This document shows, in pieces, positions 28,257 through 36,776 of a stretch of DNA of 64,000 bases (position 1 is its first letter; each line of letters begins with the position of its first letter). The notes under the pieces are model-generated. The model saw only the letters and a list, made by a program, of their open reading frames with translations, did not search any database and was not told where the DNA came from. This DNA is from Vulcanimicrobiota bacterium. Lineage in GTDB: Bacteria; Vulcanimicrobiota; Vulcanimicrobiia; Vulcanimicrobiales; Vulcanimicrobiaceae. The DNA is taken from NCBI GenBank assembly GCA_963713685.1, contig CAVQMS010000001.1:511203-575202 (forward strand), given 5' to 3'. A program made the position numbers and the translations under genes.

Positions 28257-28326
28257 AGAAGACGTTAGTCAAGGAGCGTGGGTTTGTCCCGCGCTTCGCT
28301 GCTTCCGGGCCAAGAGAACGACGATC

Positions 28327-28863
28327 ATGAGTAAAGGTGCGGCGAGGGTGTCCGAAGCGTTCGAGCAACAGCTCGAAGCCATCGTGCACGATAGGCAATT
28401 TGCCGGCCTCGAGATCGTGCAGCATCACGCGCGTCCGGTTCGCGGGACGCTGGAGCTGCGCGTAACGATCGACCGCCCGGGCGGCGTCGACTTGGCGCTC
28501 TGCGAACGTGTCGCGGGATTCATCAACGCAAATCTCGCGGCTCACGACGCAACCTACACGCTCGAGATCGAATCCGCGGGCCTCGAGCGGCCACTGCTGC
28601 GCGGCGCCGATTACGAGCGTTTCGCCGGGCAGCGCGCGCGAGTCGTAACGACGCTAACCATCAACGGCGACAAAACCCATCGCGGAATCCTACGCGGCTT
28701 GCGCGGCGAAGCCGTCGTCGTCGAAACGGACAGCGGCGAGCTGCTGCTGCCGCTCGCGACGATCAAGTCGGCGCGTTTGGAGTACGATGCCCGCACGGAT
28801 TTCCAGCGCGACAAACTTCAACGGAAACAATTACATGGCAACAACAGAAAACACGGCAACTGA
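28327..28863 (+). CDS. rimP: ribosome maturation factor RimP
   Basis: The ATG at 28327 lies within ORF 28222..28863. Motifs LELRVTIDRPGGVDLALCERVAGFI and LEIESAGLERPL. Confidence 0.88.
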   Translation: MSKGAARVSEAFEQQLEAIVHDRQFAGLEIVQHHARPVRGTLELRVTIDRPGGVDLALCERVAGFINANLAAHDATYTLEIESAGLERPLLRGADYERFAGQRARVVTTLTINGDKTHRGILRGLRGEAVVVETDSGELLLPLATIKSARLEYDARTDFQRDKLQRKQLHGNNRKHGN

Positions 28864-30046
28864 AGATAAGCTCATAGACGTCCTGCATTTTATCGCGAAA
28901 GAGCGTAACATCTCTTTCGAGATGCTGCTGGAGGCACTCGAAGCCGCGCTGCTCACGGCTTATAAGCGCCACTTCGGTACGGAATCGAATGCGATCGTAA
29001 CGGTGGACCGGCAGAGCGGCGCGTATCGCGTGTTTCACCGGCGCACCGTGGTGGAGGAGGTGCAGGATCCGAAACTAGAGATTTCGGTGAAAGCCGCCGC
29101 CGGACCGTATGAGGCCGGAGACTTCTTCGACGAAGAGGTTACCCCGAAAGACTTCGGGCGAATCGCCGCCCAGACGGCTAAGCAAGTCATCGTTCAGCGC
29201 ATCCGCGAAGCGGAACGAGACACCGTCTATAACAAGTACGTTCGGAAGCTCAACGACCTCGTAACCGGAACCGTTCAGCGATACGAGCAACGCAACATGT
29301 ACATCACGCTGGAAGGACGCGATGAGGCCGTGATGTACCTCGACGAGCAAGTCCCGGGTGAAGCCTACCGCATCAACGACTTCATTCGCGCCTACGTGCT
29401 CGACGTCAAGAAGTCGCCGAAGGGACCTCAGGTAATTCTTTCGCGAGCCGCGGAAGGCTTGGTGCAGCGTCTGCTCGAGATGGAAGTGCCCGAGATTGCC
29501 GACGGGACCGTCGAGATCATGGCGATTGCGCGCGATCCCGGCAGCCGTTCAAAGGTTGCGGTACGCAGCAACCGCGCCGAAGTCGACCCGATCGGTGCGT
29601 GTCTCGGGCCCAAATCCAGCCGAATCGCCAACGTCACCGATAACCTGCGGGGTGAAAAGGTGGATATCATCCGCCACGATCCGACCCCGGCCACGTTCAT
29701 CATGAACGCGCTGGCGCCGGCCAAGGTGGTCGGTGTGGAACTCTTCGAGGACGACGGCGTTGCACTGGTTATCGTACCCGACTATCAGCTCTCCCTGGCA
29801 ATCGGCCGGGATGGTCAAAACGTTCGTCTGGCCGCGCGGCTCACCGGTTGGCGGCTAGACATCGCCAGCGAAAGCGAATCGGATCAGGCGCGGGATCGCT
29901 ACTTGGCCGAACGCGCAGAGCGAGCCACGAGCGAGGCGCCGGCTGCCGAACCGCCCGAAGCGGCTACGGCCGAAGAGATCGACACGGAGTTGATACGAAG
30001 GCTCGAGGAGTTCCGTCGCGAGCGACTCGGGAAGGACGGCGCATAG
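28835..30046 (+). CDS. nusA: transcription termination/antitermination factor NusA
   Basis: LIDVLHFIAKERNISFEMLLEALEAALLTAYKR, an S1 domain (VTGTVQRYEQRNMYITL) and KH domains (DPIGACLGPKSSRI, AIGRDGQNVRLAARLTGWRLDI). Confidence 0.95.
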   Translation: MATTENTATEDKLIDVLHFIAKERNISFEMLLEALEAALLTAYKRHFGTESNAIVTVDRQSGAYRVFHRRTVVEEVQDPKLEISVKAAAGPYEAGDFFDEEVTPKDFGRIAAQTAKQVIVQRIREAERDTVYNKYVRKLNDLVTGTVQRYEQRNMYITLEGRDEAVMYLDEQVPGEAYRINDFIRAYVLDVKKSPKGPQVILSRAAEGLVQRLLEMEVPEIADGTVEIMAIARDPGSRSKVAVRSNRAEVDPIGACLGPKSSRIANVTDNLRGEKVDIIRHDPTPATFIMNALAPAKVVGVELFEDDGVALVIVPDYQLSLAIGRDGQNVRLAARLTGWRLDIASESESDQARDRYLAERAERATSEAPAAEPPEAATAEEIDTELIRRLEEFRRERLGKDGA

Positions 30047-30288
30047 ACCCGGTACGCAGCTGCGTCGGTTGCCGCCAACGCTTCGCGCAGACGGCGCTGA
30101 CCCGTTTCGTGCGCACGGCGTCCGGCTGGCAAGCGGATTCGCGGGCGAATCGCGGCAAGCAACCGGGACGAGGCGCCTATCTCTGCTCGCTTGAGTGCGC
30201 ACAACGGGCCTGCAAGAACAAACGCTACCCGGGTCTTGGCGCGGTGGCGGCCGAATATGGTTTAATAAAGGCCCTGTGCAAGAAATGA
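30043..30288 (+). CDS. ylxR: YlxR/DUF448 family RNA-binding protein (start codon unresolved)
   Basis: Conserved core RSCVGCRQRF...GRGAYLC. The frame is open back to ATG 29848, but no ATG/GTG/TTG lies between 29848 and the core. 30043 (ATA) marks the first codon after the nusA overlap, not a proven start. Confidence 0.7.
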   Translation: MDPVRSCVGCRQRFAQTALTRFVRTASGWQADSRANRGKQPGRGAYLCSLECAQRACKNKRYPGLGAVAAEYGLIKALCKK

Positions 30289-30402
30289 ACTCATGACTTC
30301 CAGCAACGACCGCTCCCTCCGATGAGGGCGAACCTTTGATTACCTAGCGGAGCCAAACCGTCGGTTGGGGCTCCGCGCACCAACTGATGGGACTCGAGTG
30401 CC

Positions 30403-33057
30403 TTGCGCTCGAGAGAAAATTTGGCCGGAAAAGTAAGAATCTTCGAGCTCGCAAAAGAGCTCGGGCTCACCTCGAAAGAACTGACGGCGCTCTTCAACGA
30501 GCGCTTGGGCGGGGCGTTCGAGGCAAAAAACCAACTCAGCGTCGTCCCGGACCCGATCGCCGATCTGGTCCGCAGCGTGCTGCTCAAGCCCGGCGAAAAG
30601 CCCGTGGCGGCTGCGCCCAAGGCCGCCCCCGCGAGCGCTCCCACCAAACCCGCGACCACGCCGAAGGCTCCGCCTGCCAAGGCGGCCCCGGCCCCGGTCC
30701 AGCGCCTCCGACCCGTGGTCGGCACCTCGACCCGCGCGCCCGCACAGGCTGCACCGGCCGCACCGGTCGCGTCGATCGCACCGCCGCCTGCAACCGAACC
30801 GAGGCCGGCCCGAGCCGCACCCGAAGCGATCCCGCAACTCCGGCCGGTTCCCTCAGGCCAGACCTCGATCGCGAGGCGGCCGTCGCCGCCTCCACCGACC
30901 ACCGGAGCATCGGCATCGCCGGGGCCGCAGATCGGTTTGCCCGGCCGTCCCGGGGTCGCTCCCCGGCCCGGCGAGGCGATGCCCGGCCAAGGCGGCAAGG
31001 GCCCGCAACCGGGTCGAATCGTGGCTCCTCCGCGCGCGGTTCCGCCCCAGCGGCGTCCCGCCGGAAACGGCCCATTCCGCGCGATGACCCCAGGCCCGCG
31101 ACCGGCACCCGGCCGGCCCGGAGCGTTGCCCGGCGAGTTGCCCGCGCCTTCGACGGGGAGCCGCCCAGGCGACCGCACCCGGACGCACGAGGACAAGGCG
31201 GCCGCCAAAAAGGACCGCGAGAAAGAGCTGCTCCTCGAAAAAGACCGGCATCGCAAAAAGAAGGGCGAGCCGGCTGCGACCGTGCCGGCGCGGACGCTCG
31301 AAACGATCGAGATTCCCGATTTGCTGACGGTGCAAGAGCTGGCGACGTCGATGATCGTGCCGGCGAGAGACGTCATCACGGAACTCATCAAGATCGGTAC
31401 GATGGCTACGATCAACCAAAATATCTCGAGCGACGTTGCCATTCAAATCGCCAAGCGCTTCGGTTTCAACGCGGTCGTGAAGGAGGCCGGCGAAGAAGTG
31501 ACGGTCGAGCAAGAAGAGGACAAGCCCGAAATGTTGACGCCGCGCCCGCCGGTCGTCACCGTGCTGGGTCACGTCGACCACGGCAAGACGTCGCTGCTCG
31601 ACAAGATTCGACAGGCCAACGTTGCCGCGGGCGAAGCCGGCGGCATCACGCAGAAGATCGGTGCGTATACCGTCGAGCGGAACGATCGCAAGATCACCTT
31701 CGTGGATACGCCGGGTCACGAAGCCTTTACGGCAATGCGCGCGCGGGGCGCGAAAGTCACCGACGTCGCGATCCTCGTGGTCGCGGCCGACGACGGCGTG
31801 ATGCCCCAGACGAAAGAAGCGATTGCGCACGTGAAGGCGGCCAACGTCCCGATCGTCGTTGCGATCAACAAGATGGATCGGCCCGACGCCCAGCTCGACC
31901 GCGTCAAGCAGCAGCTCATGGAGCAAGGGCTGCAGCCGGTCGACTGGGCCGGCAACGTCGAGATGGTCCCCGTATCCGCGAAGACCGGCGACGGGATCGA
32001 TAGCCTGCTGGACACCGTGTTGCTCGAGGCCGACATTCGCGAACTCCGCGCGAACAAAAACCGGCGCGCCAGCGGCGTCGTGATCGAATCGGCGCTGCAC
32101 CGCGGACGCGGTGCGGTCGCAACGGTCCTCATCCAAAACGGCACGCTGCGGGTTGGCGACATCGTCGTCGCCGGCGGCACGTTCGGTAAGGTTCGTGCGC
32201 TAATAGATGACAAGGGAAAACAAGTAAAAAAGGCCGGTCCGTCCATTCCGGTCGAGGTGATGGGATTGTCTGACGTTCCCGCGGCAGGCGACACGCTGAG
32301 CGTCGTCAGCGACGAACGAGTGGCGCGCGAGACCGCGGAAAAACGCGCAACGCGCCGTCGCGACGTGCGCATGGCGGCAGCCGGTTCGCAACGCGTTTCG
32401 CTCGAGACCTTCATGTCGATGCCGACCGAAGGCAAAAAGGTGCTCAACCTGATCATCAAGGCCGACGGGCAGGGTTCGCTCGAGGCCCTGCGCACGCGAA
32501 TGGAATCGCTCTCGACCGAAGACGTCGAGATCCGAGTGATCCACGGCGGCGTCGGCGCCATTTCACCCAACGACGTCAACCTTGCGAGCGCTTCGAACGG
32601 CGTGCTGATCGGCTTCAATATCCGCCCCGACGAGACGGCCCGCCGCCTCGCCGAGAACGAGGGCGTCGACTTGCGATTCTACCAGGTGATCTACGAGATC
32701 GAAGACGATCTCAAGAAGGCGATGCGCGGCATGCTCACGCCGATAGAACGTGAAGTCGTGCTCGGCCGCGCGGAAGTACGGCAAGTCTTCAAGGTTAGCC
32801 GCGTCGGCACGATCGTCGGATGCTACGTCACCAGCGGCAAGATCGCGCGCAACGCCAAGGCGCGCGTGATTCGCGACGCCGCCGTTGCGTTCGACGGTGA
32901 AATCGAAAGCCTGCGGCGCTTCAAAGACGACGTTCGTGAGGTCGCGGAAGGCTTCGAGTGCGGCATCCAGATTGCGAAGTTCCAGGACCTCAAGGAAGGC
33001 GACGTCATCGAAGCCTACGCGATCGAGCACGTGGCCGCCGAGTTGGTGCGCGCATGA
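30403..33057 (+). CDS. infB: translation initiation factor IF-2
   Basis: KVRIFELAKELG N-terminus, a long Pro/Ala-rich spacer, and a G domain (VVTVLGHVDHGKTSLLD, DTPGHEAF, NKMD). TTG 30403 or TTG 30421 could be the start. Confidence 0.96.
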   Translation: MRSRENLAGKVRIFELAKELGLTSKELTALFNERLGGAFEAKNQLSVVPDPIADLVRSVLLKPGEKPVAAAPKAAPASAPTKPATTPKAPPAKAAPAPVQRLRPVVGTSTRAPAQAAPAAPVASIAPPPATEPRPARAAPEAIPQLRPVPSGQTSIARRPSPPPPTTGASASPGPQIGLPGRPGVAPRPGEAMPGQGGKGPQPGRIVAPPRAVPPQRRPAGNGPFRAMTPGPRPAPGRPGALPGELPAPSTGSRPGDRTRTHEDKAAAKKDREKELLLEKDRHRKKKGEPAATVPARTLETIEIPDLLTVQELATSMIVPARDVITELIKIGTMATINQNISSDVAIQIAKRFGFNAVVKEAGEEVTVEQEEDKPEMLTPRPPVVTVLGHVDHGKTSLLDKIRQANVAAGEAGGITQKIGAYTVERNDRKITFVDTPGHEAFTAMRARGAKVTDVAILVVAADDGVMPQTKEAIAHVKAANVPIVVAINKMDRPDAQLDRVKQQLMEQGLQPVDWAGNVEMVPVSAKTGDGIDSLLDTVLLEADIRELRANKNRRASGVVIESALHRGRGAVATVLIQNGTLRVGDIVVAGGTFGKVRALIDDKGKQVKKAGPSIPVEVMGLSDVPAAGDTLSVVSDERVARETAEKRATRRRDVRMAAAGSQRVSLETFMSMPTEGKKVLNLIIKADGQGSLEALRTRMESLSTEDVEIRVIHGGVGAISPNDVNLASASNGVLIGFNIRPDETARRLAENEGVDLRFYQVIYEIEDDLKKAMRGMLTPIEREVVLGRAEVRQVFKVSRVGTIVGCYVTSGKIARNAKARVIRDAAVAFDGEIESLRRFKDDVREVAEGFECGIQIAKFQDLKEGDVIEAYAIEHVAAELVRA

Positions 33058-33422
33058 AGCCGCAGCGGATTGCGAAGATCGATCACGAGGTTCAACGCAT
33101 ACTCGGGACGTTGATCTCGCAAGAGCTGCAAGACCCGCGGCTCGCCTTCGTTACGGTGACCCGCGTCGAGGTGAGCGACGACCTGCGGCGCTGCAAGGTC
33201 TTCGTGTCGGTGATCGGCGATCGGCACGCGGCCCGACAGTCGCTCGACGCGCTCCAACACGCAAGCCGTTTCCTGCGCGGCGAGCTCGGGCGCAAGATCG
33301 ATCTGCGCCACACGCCGGAGCTCGTCTTCATTGAGGACCGTTCGGCCGAAAGAGCCATCGCGCTGGCGAAAACGCTGCGCGAAGCGGCGCTGCATTCCGC
33401 GCCGCCGGAGCCGAGCGAATGA
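33054..33422 (+). CDS. rbfA: 30S ribosome-binding factor RbfA
   Basis: The ATG at 33054 overlaps the infB stop (ATGA). Motif RIAKIDHEVQRILGTLI...VTVTRVEVSDDLRRCKVFVS. Confidence 0.9.
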   Translation: MKPQRIAKIDHEVQRILGTLISQELQDPRLAFVTVTRVEVSDDLRRCKVFVSVIGDRHAARQSLDALQHASRFLRGELGRKIDLRHTPELVFIEDRSAERAIALAKTLREAALHSAPPEPSE

Positions 33423-34399
33423 TTGAGAGCACGCCGCGGCTCGCCTCCACCCAAGAAGTCGTGGACGAGCTGAACCGCCGCAGCTCCTTCGTCATGGTAA
33501 GTCACGTTAAGCCCGACGGCGACACTCTGGGAGCCGGCTTAGCCTTGGGGCTGGCCCTGAAACGCCTTGGGAAGCGCGTGGCGTACTTTCAGCAGGATTG
33601 CGTTCCGCGAAATCTTCGCTTCTTGCCGGAGGCGGAGCTCGTCGGGCGCGATTTGCCGCCGGATTTGCCCGACGACACGCTCTACGTCTTCTGCGATATG
33701 AGCGATTCGCGGCGCGCCGGAGAATATTTACCGCCGGTGGAGCGCGAGAACATTCTGGACATCGACCATCATCTGGGGAATGCTCTCTTCGGCAAGCTCA
33801 ACTACGTGCTGGAGAAAGAATGCTCGACGGGAAGCGTCGTGATGCATCTGCTGCGCTGCCTCGGCGTGCCGCTCGACGCACCTGTCGCAACGTGCATCCT
33901 CGCAACGATCATGACCGACACGGGCGGGTTCATGCACTCGAATACCACGCCGGAGGCGCTCGAACTCTCGGCCGAGCTGATGCGGCTAGGAGCCGACAAA
34001 GAACAAATTACCGAAGAGATTTTTCTGCGCAAACGCGTTGCCGCAACAAAACTCTTGGGCCGCATCATCGAGGAGATGCGCTTCGAACACGATGCGCGCT
34101 ACTGTTATTCGTACGTGGACGATGCGATGCTCGCGCAAACCGGAGCGGACGGTGAAGACACCGAGGATACCGTCAATACGCTGCTCGGGCAAGACGGCGT
34201 CGACGTCGCCGCATTGTTCAAAGCCATCGAGGGCGAGATCCGCGTAAGCTTGCGTTCGAGCGGCCGGCTCAACGTCCAAGCCGCGGCGCTGCGGCTCGGC
34301 GGGGGCGGACACTTTCGCGCGTCGGGCTTGACGTATCCAGGGTCGCTTCAGCAGGCGTTTGCGGCGGTCGAGGCCGCGCTTGTGGCCGAAGGCCTATAG
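33419..34399 (+). CDS. nrnA: DHH-family bifunctional oligoribonuclease / pAp phosphatase NrnA
   Basis: DHH motifs SHVKPDGDTLGAGLAL, CDMSD and DIDHH. DHHA1 motif GGGGHFRASG. Confidence 0.88.
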   Translation: MIESTPRLASTQEVVDELNRRSSFVMVSHVKPDGDTLGAGLALGLALKRLGKRVAYFQQDCVPRNLRFLPEAELVGRDLPPDLPDDTLYVFCDMSDSRRAGEYLPPVERENILDIDHHLGNALFGKLNYVLEKECSTGSVVMHLLRCLGVPLDAPVATCILATIMTDTGGFMHSNTTPEALELSAELMRLGADKEQITEEIFLRKRVAATKLLGRIIEEMRFEHDARYCYSYVDDAMLAQTGADGEDTEDTVNTLLGQDGVDVAALFKAIEGEIRVSLRSSGRLNVQAAALRLGGGGHFRASGLTYPGSLQQAFAAVEAALVAEGL

Positions 34400-34429
34400 T
34401 TTTACGCCGTTGAGTCTGCCCAAGGCGAC

Positions 34430-34469
34430 GTCATCCTGAGCGGAGGCGCATAGCGCCGGAGTCGAAGGA
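34430..34469 (+). repeat. short intergenic repeat element, copy A (GTCATCCTGAGCGGAG-16 nt-TCGAAGGA)
   Basis: Located in the 76-nt nrnA-truB spacer. The two flanks match a contiguous 24-nt copy on the minus strand at 58778..58801. The 16-nt insert is bounded by a CGGAG direct repeat. Confidence 0.7.
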
Positions 34470-34475
34470 CGCAGC

Positions 34476-35351
34476 GTGATCGGTTTCGTCAATCTCTTCA
34501 AGGCGGCAGGACCGAGCTCTGCCCGCGCGGTGTCGCGGGTGCGGCGCATCTACGCGCTCTACGCCGGCGATCGCAAACTCGCGGCGGGACATTTGGGCAC
34601 GCTCGATCCGCAGGCGGCCGGCGTGCTGCCGGTGGCGCTCGGAAAAGCGACGCGATTGATCCCGCTGCTCACCGATCAACGCAAGAGTTACGTTTGCACG
34701 CTGGTGCTCGGGCGTTCGACCACGACGCAAGACGCGCACGGTGAGACGGTCGAAGAAGGAGCGTTGCCCGACGATTGGCCCCAGCGCTTGGAGCAGGCCC
34801 TCTCCAACTTCGTTGGGAGAATCGATCAAACGCCGCCGATGTATTCAGCCGCACGGCACGAGGGACGACGGCTTTACGAGCTGGCGCGTCAGGGCAAGAG
34901 CGTCGAACGAAAGGCGCGCGTCGTCACGATTTATGGCTTGACGCTCCTGGGCGTCGAGCCGCCCAACACTGGGCGCCTGCGCGTAGCGTGCAGCGAAGGG
35001 ACCTACGTTCGCACGCTCTGCACCGATCTCGGCACCGCCATCGGAGTGCCGGCGCACATGGGGGCGCTGGTGCGTGAGGCTTCCGGGCCGTTCGTGCTGT
35101 ACGAGGCTCGCACGCTCGAGGAGATAGCGAAAGCTCCGGAGCGCGCCCTGATTGCGCCCGAACACATCATTCCACTTCCGACGATCGTCTTGGACCTGCG
35201 CGGCTCGGCCGACTTCCGCGCGGGGCGCGTCGTTCCGCTGCCCGAGGGCGCGACGGGACGCCACGTTTTCGTTCGCGACGAGTCGCGCGCCTTGGTTGGC
35301 GTCGGCGAAGCGCTCGGAACGCTGCTCGCGCCCCGCAAGGTCTTTCTTTGA
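34476..35351 (+). CDS. truB: tRNA pseudouridine(55) synthase
   Basis: GTG start. Motifs GFVNLFKAAGPSS, GHLGTLDPQAAGVLPVALGKAT and PPMYSA. Confidence 0.92.
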   Translation: MIGFVNLFKAAGPSSARAVSRVRRIYALYAGDRKLAAGHLGTLDPQAAGVLPVALGKATRLIPLLTDQRKSYVCTLVLGRSTTTQDAHGETVEEGALPDDWPQRLEQALSNFVGRIDQTPPMYSAARHEGRRLYELARQGKSVERKARVVTIYGLTLLGVEPPNTGRLRVACSEGTYVRTLCTDLGTAIGVPAHMGALVREASGPFVLYEARTLEEIAKAPERALIAPEHIIPLPTIVLDLRGSADFRAGRVVPLPEGATGRHVFVRDESRALVGVGEALGTLLAPRKVFL

Positions 35352-36262
35352 AAGTCCATCACGAATTTCGGCGCGACGGTGAACGCCCACTCGTTCTGGC
35401 GATCGGTTTCTTCGACGGGTTTCATCGCGGCCATCGCGAGATCGCGCGCCAAACATTGCGATTGCGCAGGCCCGGCTGGAGATCCGGCGTTCTCACGTTT
35501 GCAAACCACCCTACGACCCACCTCCGGCCGGGAACGGAGCCTGCGCTAATCTGCACGCTCGAGGAGCGTTTGACGCTTTTTTCGGCGGTTGGTTTCGAGG
35601 AGTGCTTTCTCGTGACGTTCGACGATGCGATCGCAACGCTCGAGCCCGAAGCATTCCTCGCAATTCTGATCGAGCGCCTGGGAGTGCGCGGCGTCGTCGT
35701 CGGCTCGACTTTTCGTTTCGGTCACAAAAGAGGCGGCGACGTTACGATGATGCGCGAATACCTCGCGCCGCGTCGGGTCCGCTGCGTCGCGGTAGAGCAC
35801 GTCGCCGACGCTGGTGAACGAATCTCGAGCACCCGCATCCGCGCGCTCATCCGCGAAGGCGACCTGGCGCAGGCCGATCACCTGCTGGGCGGCACCGGAT
35901 ACGAGATCCGCGGTCCAGTCGAAACGGGGGCGGGGCGCGGACATCGCCTCGGTTTTCCGACGGCCAACGTACGGCTACCGCTCAAACTGCTGCCCAAGGA
36001 CGGCGTCTATTCCGCCATCGCGCGCTTCGACGGCCGCGACTACGCCGCGTTGGTTTCGATCGGAACGAATCCGCAGTTCGATGGAGGCATCCGCACCGTC
36101 GAGGCATGGATACGTGACTTCGAGCACACGATTTACGGCCGCGAGCTCGCGCTGCGCGGCCTTCGTTACGTGCGCGAGCAGCGGCTTTTCGGTGGAGTCG
36201 GCGAACTCACGGAGCAGATGCTGCGCGACCGTCAGGCCATCGGCTATCCGAGCTATGGGTGA
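35348..36262 (+). CDS. ribF: bifunctional riboflavin kinase / FAD synthetase
   Basis: The TTG start overlaps the truB stop. Motifs LAIGFFDGFHRGH, GRGHRLGFPTANV, IGTNPQF and VEAWIRDF. Confidence 0.92.
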   Translation: MKVHHEFRRDGERPLVLAIGFFDGFHRGHREIARQTLRLRRPGWRSGVLTFANHPTTHLRPGTEPALICTLEERLTLFSAVGFEECFLVTFDDAIATLEPEAFLAILIERLGVRGVVVGSTFRFGHKRGGDVTMMREYLAPRRVRCVAVEHVADAGERISSTRIRALIREGDLAQADHLLGGTGYEIRGPVETGAGRGHRLGFPTANVRLPLKLLPKDGVYSAIARFDGRDYAALVSIGTNPQFDGGIRTVEAWIRDFEHTIYGRELALRGLRYVREQRLFGGVGELTEQMLRDRQAIGYPSYG

Positions 36263-36773
36263 AAAGAGTTTCGCCTCGCTCGTGGTTGCGGCGTGTGCGT
36301 TGGCGGGGTGCGTCCACGGCGGGAATGCGGCCTCACCGGCGGCAGTCTCCGGACCGGCGCGGGTTGGTCAGCCGGCCCCGAGCTGGAGCGAACCAAGCCT
36401 GCCCGGGCCTGCTTTAGCCTCCGCTTCGCTGCGGGGTAAACCGGTCTATCTCAACTTCTTTGCGACCTGGTGTCCGCCGTGCAACCAAGAGGCTTCGGCG
36501 ATCGACGCGCTGCAGCGGCAGTATGGAGCGCGCGGATTACAGGTCGTCGGCGTCGACGTGCTCGAGAATGCGCGCAAAGCCGCCGAGTTTCGCAGCGCCC
36601 ATCACCTCAGCTATCCCGTCGTGGTCGACGGCGGGACCTTGCGCGACCAGTACGACGTGAATGGGTTACCGGTGCACGTCTTCATCGACCGGGGCGGAGT
36701 CATTCGCAAGATCGCGGTCGGCGAACTGTCTCCGGCAGATATGCGCAGCAACGTCGAACGAATTTTGCGATAG
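36255..36773 (+). CDS. TlpA/ResA-like thiol-disulfide oxidoreductase lipoprotein
   Basis: The ATG at 36255 lies within ORF 35814..36773. Lipobox ALAGC. Thioredoxin motif PVYLNFFATWCPPCNQE. Also NGLPVHVFIDRGG. Confidence 0.88.
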   Translation: MGEKSFASLVVAACALAGCVHGGNAASPAAVSGPARVGQPAPSWSEPSLPGPALASASLRGKPVYLNFFATWCPPCNQEASAIDALQRQYGARGLQVVGVDVLENARKAAEFRSAHHLSYPVVVDGGTLRDQYDVNGLPVHVFIDRGGVIRKIAVGELSPADMRSNVERILR

Positions 36774-36776
36774 CCC

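Noticed and set aside
30560-31240. Pro/Ala-rich N-terminal spacer of IF-2, considered as an unusual insertion
   Set aside because: Variable low-complexity N-terminal regions are common in IF-2 of high-GC bacteria, so this is not evidence of anything novel.
30291-31442. 383-aa minus-strand ORF, plus the 538-aa +2-frame ORF (30387..32003), across the infB 5' region
   Set aside because: Both overlap the unambiguous IF-2 gene in its Pro/Ala-rich low-complexity region. Their translations are Gly/Ala/Arg-rich junk, a frame artefact of GC-rich repeats.
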